In this document: positions 27,269-33,498 of the stretch, piece by piece
How positions within the stretch are numbered: the first letter of the stretch is position 1
Layout: each line of letters starts with the position of its first letter
IMG/VR virus record: IMGVR_UViG_3300017700_000439
Location: 1 to 33,498 of that record
DNA length: 33,498 nucleotides
From: a virus
Lineage: Duplodnaviria > Caudoviricetes
Strand: one strand, 5' to 3'
Program-made: the position numbers and the translations under genes
Notes under the pieces: model-generated
Seen by the model: the letters and a program-made list of their open reading frames with translations, nothing else
Databases searched by the model: none
Told to the model about the DNA's origin: nothing

Positions 27269-27991
27269 CTACCTCTCCAGTTCAGGGGGCCGATGTGTCA
27301 AAGCAAACCCTACTACCTGTGCCTCCACACCTGAAAGAATAGCGCGCCGTTCCTCGGGGTCCTTCACGTGCATGACGACTAGCTCCATGACCGCCGCGAT
27401 GACGCCCTTCGCATCTTCGAGCTGCTGCTGTGCCGGATTCCAGCGACCCGTAATCTCCAACACCTTCTCGATGGCACGCATGTCCCCCGCCTCAGCGTTA
27501 CCGACGAGCTTACCGAGCACCATCGGGATGGCCTGCTTGAGGTTGGCCTCCTGTCGCGCCCGGTAGCTCTCCATGAAGAGCGGGTGTCCCAGCCACGCCT
27601 GATACCGCGCCATCGGGATGCCGAGGTCACGCATCTTGACAGCGGTCGTGCGCCTGTCGGTAGGGTCGGTGAGTGCAAGCAGCGCCATCGACTGCTCCAT
27701 TGACAATCCAGTGTCATCACTCCATGAGACGCCTCGATAGGCGAGAGCCTCCTTGAACTCATTGGTCAGAAACAGGGCCGAGTAGGTCTTGACGGGGATG
27801 TTCGGCCAGAAGCGATGTACCTCCGTGATGGAGGGCAACTTGCCGAGCGTGCGGTAGGCAGTGTCGAACGCGGCGACAGCGTTGCGAAAGGCGTGGTCGG
27901 TGAATCCCTGCGGAGTCTGCACCCGCTGGAACCGGCCATCCTTCTCCTTGACCCGGATGCCCCCCTCGACCTGCTCGAAGTTGTCAGCCAC
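27269..27991 (-). CDS. HTH protein, probable terminase small subunit
   Basis: HTH-like segment ending Y.AWL.HP.F, then L...AEAGDMRAIE...E.TGRW.P, typical of small-terminase-like proteins. Confidence 0.55.
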   Translation of the reverse strand: MADNFEQVEGGIRVKEKDGRFQRVQTPQGFTDHAFRNAVAAFDTAYRTLGKLPSITEVHRFWPNIPVKTYSALFLTNEFKEALAYRGVSWSDDTGLSMEQSMALLALTDPTDRRTTAVKMRDLGIPMARYQAWLGHPLFMESYRARQEANLKQAIPMVLGKLVGNAEAGDMRAIEKVLEITGRWNPAQQQLEDAKGVIAAVMELVVMHVKDPEERRAILSGVEAQVVGFALTHRPPELER

Positions 27992-28043
27992 GGAAGTAGC
28001 CCCAGCAGGCGGCTGCCACGATGAAGATCAGCATGACAATCAT
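27984..28043 (-). CDS. 19-aa hydrophobic micropeptide
   Basis: MIVMLIFIVAAACWGYFRG; ATG overlaps the upstream TGA and the stop overlaps the downstream start. Confidence 0.5.
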   Translation of the reverse strand: MIVMLIFIVAAACWGYFRG

Positions 28044-28555
28044 CGGTGGTCCACCCAGTCGGTCTGCATCTCCTTCAGCTCCGACAGGTAGCCGTACTGG
28101 ACTTCGGTGAGGGCTGCCTCGATGACCTTGGGCATGGTACGGGTCGTGCCGTCCGCGTAGCGCATGACGGTGGCGCTCGGGACCTTCAGCATCTTGCAGA
28201 ACTTCTGCCGAGACCCGGCCACATCGAGGATGAGCAGGTCGAAGGGCGACTCCTTGATGGCTCGCCGGGGGCTGACCCGGAAGAGGTAGGCGATCTGGAT
28301 GCGCTCGCCAGACTGCCACGAATGGTAGGCATCTTGAAGAGTCTCAGCGTTGTACTCATCCTTCAGCACCTGCTTGGCGTTGACGCCCTTCTCGGCGCAC
28401 GCCTTCCCAAGACTGACGATCATCTCGTCCGAGAGGTCTGCAAACTGCCCCGACTCGATGTGGGTCATCGTGGTCTTGGCGAAGCCAAATGTGGCTGCAA
28501 AGTCCTTTTGACTGTACGCTGTCAATTCGCGCAACCTGCGGTATGGATTCTCCAT
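28040..28555 (-). CDS. XRE/Cro-type DNA-binding protein with two HTH-like units
   Basis: LRE....SQKDFA...G.AKTT...IESG and SRQKFCKMLKVPSATVMRY..G. Confidence 0.75.
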   Translation of the reverse strand: MENPYRRLRELTAYSQKDFAATFGFAKTTMTHIESGQFADLSDEMIVSLGKACAEKGVNAKQVLKDEYNAETLQDAYHSWQSGERIQIAYLFRVSPRRAIKESPFDLLILDVAGSRQKFCKMLKVPSATVMRYADGTTRTMPKVIEAALTEVQYGYLSELKEMQTDWVDHR

Positions 28556-28572
28556 GACCGTCCTTTCTTGTC

Positions 28573-28642
28573 GTCCCCCGGCCTGACTCGAACAGGTCTG
28601 CCTTCCTGATGAGTGCGCTTACTCACCCTGACCAGCGGGGGT
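28573..28642 (-). ncRNA. degenerate tRNA-like element
   Basis: Acceptor-like CCCCCG/CGGGGG and T-arm CCTG-TTCGAGT-CAGG; the middle folds as a single GGTGAGT/ACTCATC hairpin. Confidence 0.45.
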
Positions 28643-28681
28643 TGGTGCGCTTGATTCCGGGGCACCGGGCCGGGAGGCTGA

Positions 28682-29125
28682 CTAGGCCTCGGACTTCTCC
28701 TGCTCGGGCAGGTTCTTCAGGCCCGAGAGGACCTTGATGAGGTCCTTGACCTTCGTGGCCGAGAACTTGAAGCCCTCGCCCACCCAGCCCGCAGGACGGA
28801 CCTCGACCTGACCGTGGCCGTAGTAGTCGGAGGTCGCAGCCGAGAAGAAGTCGCTGGACACAACGTGCCCCGAGAACTCCCCGCTGTCCGGCTCCGACAC
28901 GTCCTCGGCCACACGTGCCTGCTCTTCGAGCCGCTCCTTCTCGCGAAGGTCAAACGCGGCCTTGGCCTGCACGTCGGCAGCGGACTGTGAAGCAGCGGCG
29001 TCAGCCGCCTTCTTCTGGTCCTCGGCCTGCGCCTCTTCGAGTCGCTTGGCTTCGGCAGCCTTGTCCTTCTCGGCCTGCTTTGCGGCGGCCTCTGCCACCT
29101 TCTCTTCGTTCGTCTTGGCAGCCAT
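28682..29125 (-). CDS. hypothetical protein with Ala/Glu/Lys coiled coil
   Basis: Strong phage codon bias; start 29125 or 29134. Confidence 0.75.
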   Translation of the reverse strand: MAAKTNEEKVAEAAAKQAEKDKAAEAKRLEEAQAEDQKKAADAAASQSAADVQAKAAFDLREKERLEEQARVAEDVSEPDSGEFSGHVVSSDFFSAATSDYYGHGQVEVRPAGWVGEGFKFSATKVKDLIKVLSGLKNLPEQEKSEA

Positions 29126-29155
29126 TGGGGCCACCCCCTTTCCTCGGGGCTGATT

Positions 29156-29482
29156 CTAGCTGGCCGACTCGTCCTGTGCGAGGACTACTGCTTGCAGGAC
29201 TTCGAGGGCATACTTCACGAAGTCGTTGGGGATCGTGACGCTCTCGCTCTCCGTGCGAGAGCTGTAGTAGCCCTGCTTTACCTTACGGCTGTACGTGAGC
29301 TTCGCACCGTCCTTGAGCTGCTTGACGGTAATGCGCTGACCACCGGGCAACTCAATTGACGCATTGATGTCAAGCGACACCTTGCGCTTCACTTCGAGTT
29401 CCAGCTTGGGTGGCTCTACGACCTCCACCAGCCCCTCGACGGCCAACTCTTCCAGAGCCTCTTCGACTTCCTGCTCATCCAT
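29156..29482 (-). CDS. hypothetical protein
   Basis: 108 aa, overlaps the upstream stop. Confidence 0.7.
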   Translation of the reverse strand: MDEQEVEEALEELAVEGLVEVVEPPKLELEVKRKVSLDINASIELPGGQRITVKQLKDGAKLTYSRKVKQGYYSSRTESESVTIPNDFVKYALEVLQAVVLAQDESAS

Positions 29483-29666
29483 CTGTACGTCCTCGCTTCC
29501 TGATTTCCATGATTACCTCGTTGAGGGTCTGGTGCAGCTCGATGGCGAGGGCGTCCAGCTCGATGGTCTCACCGGGCACCTTCGCAATCTGGGCACTCAT
29601 CGGGGAGTACCCCGGCAGGGCAACCTCGATCTGCGCGATGATCTCAGCCTTGGGTCCCGGCATCAC
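29475..29666 (-). CDS. hypothetical protein
   Basis: 63 aa, fills the gap in the operon. Confidence 0.6.
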   Translation of the reverse strand: MMPGPKAEIIAQIEVALPGYSPMSAQIAKVPGETIELDALAIELHQTLNEVIMEIRKRGRTDG

Positions 29667-29940
29667 CGTCCACCTTCCTCTCGTACTTCCTCTGGAACAC
29701 CGAGTCCTTGCAGGGATAGAACTCCCCCTCGGTGCCCTTGATAATCCAATCGGTGGGGCTGGCCGTCATCTCGCCTTCCAGCGTGACGACCGACAGCTTG
29801 GGCGGCGACAGGTGCGCGTCGTAGAACACCTTGCCGTCGTTGGCTGCCGCCCACGCGACGATGCCGATGGCTCCGGCCTCGCTCCCGTCCCACGGCAGAG
29901 CCTCGATCTCGACCCGCTTGCTCACAAAGACGCCCATCAC
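29644..29940 (-). CDS. conserved-type phage hypothetical protein (TLEG.M...DWIIKG..GEFYPCK family)
   Basis: Recognisable widespread phage motif; start overlaps the upstream stop. Confidence 0.8.
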   Translation of the reverse strand: MMGVFVSKRVEIEALPWDGSEAGAIGIVAWAAANDGKVFYDAHLSPPKLSVVTLEGEMTASPTDWIIKGTEGEFYPCKDSVFQRKYERKVDGDAGTQG

Positions 29941-30908
29941 GGCACCTTCGTCAGAGCGGTCGGCTTGAGCCACATCATGAACTGGCCGTTGCTGACCAGA
30001 ATGCTATCGCCCTCATCGTCCTCGCGCGTGGGGTCTATGGTCATGATCTCGCCCGAGACGAAGCCGTTGAGCTTGGCCGTCTCATCAAGGATCACCACCT
30101 TGTCGCCGCGCCGGAAGCTGATGCCGTCCTGTCGAAGCATCTCGTCGGCTCCATTCGGAAACAGGTCCTTGAACTTGCCGACGATCACCGTCCCCACGTC
30201 CTCGGACATGGACCTTGACATCACAGTGTCAAACAAGTCCTTCATCCCCGGCATGTCGCGAGTCAGTGCCTCATTCACGATCTCGCAACACTCATGCTGC
30301 TTCGCAGCCACGGCTTCCTCGAAGCTCACGATGAGGCTCTGGATCAGCACGTCCTTGTCGAGAGGCTTGGCATCTGGCGTTGGCGGCTCAGTAACGGGAG
30401 GGCTGGACTGCCCCGCTGGCATGTACCAGTTCGTCGTCTCGACACCCTGATTCAGGTACGACAGTGCTGCCTCGGCGGCTTCGGGATCACCCCCGGTGAC
30501 CTTGAGTGCCCAACGCCGATCATTCTCGGTGCCGAGCTTCCTGTCGAGTCGTTCCTTGAGCCTACGGTTGTAGTCGATCTGGAGCTGTACCTGCTCCTGA
30601 GTCGTCCCGAGCGTACGCGAGGTCAGCGTGTAGCTCTCTCGCACATCGGCAAGATCGCGCCGAAGCCGAGTGATCTCGTCCATCGGGTTGCCCGCCTTCT
30701 CCAGACTGAGCGTGAGCACGTTGTCGAAACGCTCGCCGCCATGCCAGTAGCCACTGACGAGCTGCTGCTCACCGTTCATGCGGGTAGCGGTGACGATCCC
30801 GAGGCGCACCCAATTCTCATCACGCTCGCGAACGGTATCGCCCACGCTGAGCTTCTGATCCTCGGTCATAGGCATGTCGGGCTGGTAGTTGATGTTGCCC
30901 TCAGTCAA
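29937..30908 (-). CDS. multi-domain hypothetical protein
   Basis: TTG at 30908 with GAGGAAGG RBS; SH3-like ends (LSVGDTVR, FRRGDKVV) and a central coiled coil. Confidence 0.7.
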   Translation of the reverse strand: MTEGNINYQPDMPMTEDQKLSVGDTVRERDENWVRLGIVTATRMNGEQQLVSGYWHGGERFDNVLTLSLEKAGNPMDEITRLRRDLADVRESYTLTSRTLGTTQEQVQLQIDYNRRLKERLDRKLGTENDRRWALKVTGGDPEAAEAALSYLNQGVETTNWYMPAGQSSPPVTEPPTPDAKPLDKDVLIQSLIVSFEEAVAAKQHECCEIVNEALTRDMPGMKDLFDTVMSRSMSEDVGTVIVGKFKDLFPNGADEMLRQDGISFRRGDKVVILDETAKLNGFVSGEIMTIDPTREDDEGDSILVSNGQFMMWLKPTALTKVP

Positions 30909-31311
30909 CGTAGTCACCTTCCTCTGGGATGTCCTCTTCGCCGTGCTTCTCACGAAGCGCACGGAGATCATCGTTAGCAGCCTGAAGATCGCGCCGGACG
31001 GCCCAGAGCTTGGAGTTCAGCTCCCGCTCAGAAGTTACGTTCTGCTCGCGAAGCTGCACGGCGTAGGCACGGGCCTCGTCGCGCTCCTGCTCAAGGTTCT
31101 GCATCCGGCCCTTCATGTAGCTCAGGCCGATGCGGACCTGCGGGTTGGCGTCCTCGAAATCCTTGGGGTCGAGGGCCATCGCCGCTTCATATCCGGTGGT
31201 GACGGGGCGCTCCTGAAGCTGGCTCCACAGTCCCTTCGTGAGCTGGTCTCCCTGCTCAATCTGGTCCATGAAAAAGGTCAGGAGCCGCCCCACCGGCAGC
31301 TCGTCGGTCAC
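30901..31311 (-). CDS. hypothetical coiled-coil protein
   Basis: 136 aa with an ATGA overlap. Confidence 0.7.
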   Translation of the reverse strand: MTDELPVGRLLTFFMDQIEQGDQLTKGLWSQLQERPVTTGYEAAMALDPKDFEDANPQVRIGLSYMKGRMQNLEQERDEARAYAVQLREQNVTSERELNSKLWAVRRDLQAANDDLRALREKHGEEDIPEEGDYVD

Positions 31312-31751
31312 TTCGTCATGCCGAAGAGGATCGTGCGCGCCTGCTCGCCGTAGCCAGCGTCGTCGGCTGCCTTCTGCACCGCATCGAGGGCCTCGTTCCA
31401 GCCTCGGTCGGCGGCATCGCTGGCGAACTCAGCAGGGGTCTTGTCAAGCGGGGCCTCGGTAGTCACTGCCTCTGAGTAGGCTTCGGCAGGTACAGCCCAG
31501 CCAGTGGTCTCACCCTCGCTCGGGTAGGCCCTGCCTTCCGACTTCAGCTCGGAGTCCTTGGCGCTGCCCTTCCGGCTCCGCTTGTCGGACTTGTCGAGGA
31601 AGCGCTCGAACGCCCGTGCTCGCTTGAGCAGGGCATCGGTGCCGTCCGAGTTGAGCTGGATGGTGGTCAGGGCGTTGCGGTTCGGGTCGTACTGGGCGTT
31701 CTGGACCGAGCCGAGTGCGAGCTGAAGGGCCTCGCGACCGTTGTAGGACAT
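31308..31751 (-). CDS. hypothetical protein, first gene of the leftward operon
   Basis: 147 aa directly downstream of the promoter at 31827-31799. Confidence 0.75.
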   Translation of the reverse strand: MSYNGREALQLALGSVQNAQYDPNRNALTTIQLNSDGTDALLKRARAFERFLDKSDKRSRKGSAKDSELKSEGRAYPSEGETTGWAVPAEAYSEAVTTEAPLDKTPAEFASDAADRGWNEALDAVQKAADDAGYGEQARTILFGMTK

Positions 31752-31798
31752 GTGGTTTCCAATCTGTGTTGTTGAGTTAGCTTACTTGCTACTGACTC

Positions 31799-31827
31799 AC
31801 GATAGTTAGCTTACCTAGCTGTGTCAA
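31799..31827 (-). promoter_or_regulatory. sigma-A/70-type leftward promoter
   Basis: TTGACA (31827-31822), 17-nt spacer, TATCGT (31804-31799). Confidence 0.75.
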
Positions 31828-31828
31828 G

Positions 31829-32192
31829 TCGGAATCTGGGGCAATCCGACAGTGCCCGCGCACATGGCGAAGGCCCGAGTGCTTTCGGTTGCTGTATCGC
31901 CTCGACAGGCACAGCTCCTACTTCTCGGGCCTTCTCATCCACCGGGCCAGTACGCGCCACCGGAAATCTGAGGCCAGCATAGCTCGAAGCCGTGCCGGAA
32001 TGGGAAAGGCCCCGCTACACCACGCCCATCCTTGCGGTCAGGGTCGAGTCTCCAGCGGGGCCTTCCGCTCGTTGGGGGCTACGGTTACCCCTTTCGCCTC
32101 CCCGTGCCGGGAACTGACGAGCTGTGCGCGCTGCTTGCAAGCTTCACCCCACCAGCCTTCTCCCCTTTGCGAGGGGCGGTACCGGCTCTGTG
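31829..32192 (-). ncRNA. candidate structured non-coding RNA (~350 nt)
   Basis: No credible ORF; several nested 6-11 bp helices (see findings). Confidence 0.45.
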
Positions 32193-32350
32193 TTAGCGCG
32201 CGATAGTTAGCTTACCGGGGCTTTTCGTCGGATGCAACTCACACCCCAGTATGGAATCAAGTGGACGAATCAGGCGTACAACATCGTTTTGACAAGCTTA
32301 TGTCAATCCCAACCGGGACATCGAGCAAGGCAAACAGAAAGAAGTACGTC

Positions 32351-33103
32351 ATGAACACTGCAACTGTTACCACCCCCTACGCCTCACCCTTCTCCCCCGC
32401 CTACACGAGTGAGATCGAGGGCAACGAACACTACCGTCCTACCCTTTGGAACGACTCGCACGACGCATTCAAGCGTGGCATGGTCCCCAGCTATGGGGCA
32501 GCGCGCAAGGTCTGGCACGAGGCACAGTGGCTCGACGTGCTGCACGACGCCTATGCCGAGAAGGCGGCGCGTGAGGGACAGGCATCCCCTGTCGAGCTGT
32601 CGGCCCATGAGCGCGACGTGGAAGCGGCACGGCGACAGGCCGAGGCTCTCGGCGCGACCTTCGCACAGCGCGAGAAGCTTCGCGCCATCGTGACCGAGCG
32701 ACGGGATGCACAGGCCGCACTCGCCACGGCACAGGAGACGATCAACGAGCTTCGCACCCGTGTCTCCCAGCTCCAGAACGAGCAGATCACGGACGGCAGT
32801 GACCACCGACTGACTGAGTTCTGGGAGCGTGCCGCACAGAAGGCCAGCGATGAGAACTACTGCGGTGAGTACGACCGCATGGCCGAGTTGCTCGGTGGCC
32901 CCGGTCGCGTCAAGACCTACGACGTAACTACGCGAGTCACTATCGAGATCACCGTGCAGGTTGAGGCTCGCAGCGACGACGATGCCGTCGAGCAGGTCGA
33001 TGACTTCGATCACGTCGAGATGGAACGCATCATCGGCAACCTGTCGTACTACGACGTGAACATCGAAGAGATCGACGCACGAGAGGCCAACGAGAGCAAC
33101 TAG
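32351..33103 (+). CDS. hypothetical protein with coiled coil and acidic C-terminus
   Basis: ATG 32351 after a purine-rich RBS; phage-like codon usage; followed by a terminator. Confidence 0.8.
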   Translation: MNTATVTTPYASPFSPAYTSEIEGNEHYRPTLWNDSHDAFKRGMVPSYGAARKVWHEAQWLDVLHDAYAEKAAREGQASPVELSAHERDVEAARRQAEALGATFAQREKLRAIVTERRDAQAALATAQETINELRTRVSQLQNEQITDGSDHRLTEFWERAAQKASDENYCGEYDRMAELLGGPGRVKTYDVTTRVTIEITVQVEARSDDDAVEQVDDFDHVEMERIIGNLSYYDVNIEEIDAREANESN

Positions 33104-33118
33104 CAAAGGAGGGCACAG

Positions 33119-33164
33119 GCCCCCGTCCATTTCCTCACCCGAGGGGGAGTGGCCGGGGGTTTTC
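33119..33164 (+). terminator. intrinsic terminator
   Basis: GCCCCCG pairs with CGGGGGT, inner pairing present, followed by TTT. Confidence 0.65.
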
Positions 33165-33498
33165 CCGTTCCGGCATGGAATCAAGTGGACTAACTCACTC
33201 CTGCTGACATTTCAGTGTCAATCGTGGTATCAGGTGAGGTTGGGATCGAGTGGACTAACTGCCTGCCGAGCTGGCTTATGGTACTGGGAAATTTCACGAC
33301 TTGAACCGGTGAGTTGTGGGGCTTGAGCACCATGCACTGTGAGTAGCTCACTGGCCCTAGTAGTCATCCTTGTGGCCCGCTCGTGGCGCTGCCCCCGGAA
33401 GGCCCGCAGGGGCCGAGAGGGGGTAGCAGCGCCACAGGGCCACAAGTACAGAGTCTCTCTCCCCTGTACGCGTCCTTGACGTGACGCTACAGGGGAGA

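Larger units (their letters stand above)
31775..32216. repeat. three copies of AGTTAGCTTAC (operator-like)
   Basis: 31775-31785, 31804-31814, 32204-32214; the last two extend to an identical 16-mer CGATAGTTAGCTTACC. Confidence 0.8.
2547..33221. repeat. dispersed spaced palindrome YTGACD-N6-HGTCAR, 17 copies
   Basis: 18-bp sites starting at 2547, 5387, 9196, 11137, 13736, 16214, 17793, 20100, 21789, 23250, 25112, 27700, 28508, 29356, 30215, 32289, 33204. Confidence 0.9.
32251..33260 (+). repeat. direct repeat ATGGAATCAAGTGGAC
   Basis: Exact at 32251-32266 and 33175-33190; variant TTGGGATCGAGTGGACTAACT at 33240-33260. Confidence 0.8.

Noticed and set aside
28606-28630. CTGATGAG followed by a hairpin, resembling a hammerhead ribozyme core
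   Set aside because: The required GAAA after stem II is absent (ACCC instead) and no stems I/III are evident.
31889-32206. 105-aa + strand ORF in the control region
   Set aside because: No RBS, atypical codon usage and composition; the region is better explained by structure and promoters.
1-33498. CRISPR array, integrase/att site, IS element or RNA polymerase gene
   Set aside because: No regularly spaced repeat-spacer units and no recombinase, transposase or RNAP motifs were recognised in this window.

Overview
This window is about 33.5 kb of a GC-rich tailed dsDNA phage genome, most likely a podovirus-type phage of an actinobacterial host. The host and morphotype are inferred from codon bias, an r1t-type holin, NlpC/P60, ejection-type proteins and the absence of tape measure or tail tube genes. 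The + strand at 1-5.7 kb carries replication genes: the end of an SSB-like gene, a tRNA-like CAT element, a RepB-type primase, an SF4/AAA_25 helicase, family A DNA polymerase, HNH nuclease and RuvC-like resolvase. A long - strand operon (31.75 to 5.8 kb) carries small early-type genes, an HTH regulator, probable small terminase, tail fibre, endolysin, holin, large terminase, portal, scaffold, major capsid, adaptor, nozzle, internal virion proteins (one ~1,600 aa), NlpC/P60 and membrane proteins. A control region and one + strand gene end the window. The main unexplained signal is an 18-bp spaced palindrome (YTGACD-N6-HGTCAR) found 17 times at 0.8-3.8 kb intervals, in coding sequence, start codons and a promoter. 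Other oddities are a consensus parS inside the polymerase gene, a ~350-nt structured non-coding region, a tandem RNA motif in the scaffold leader, two tRNA-like elements and long overlapping genes. All calls come from motif reading by eye; no database searches were run.
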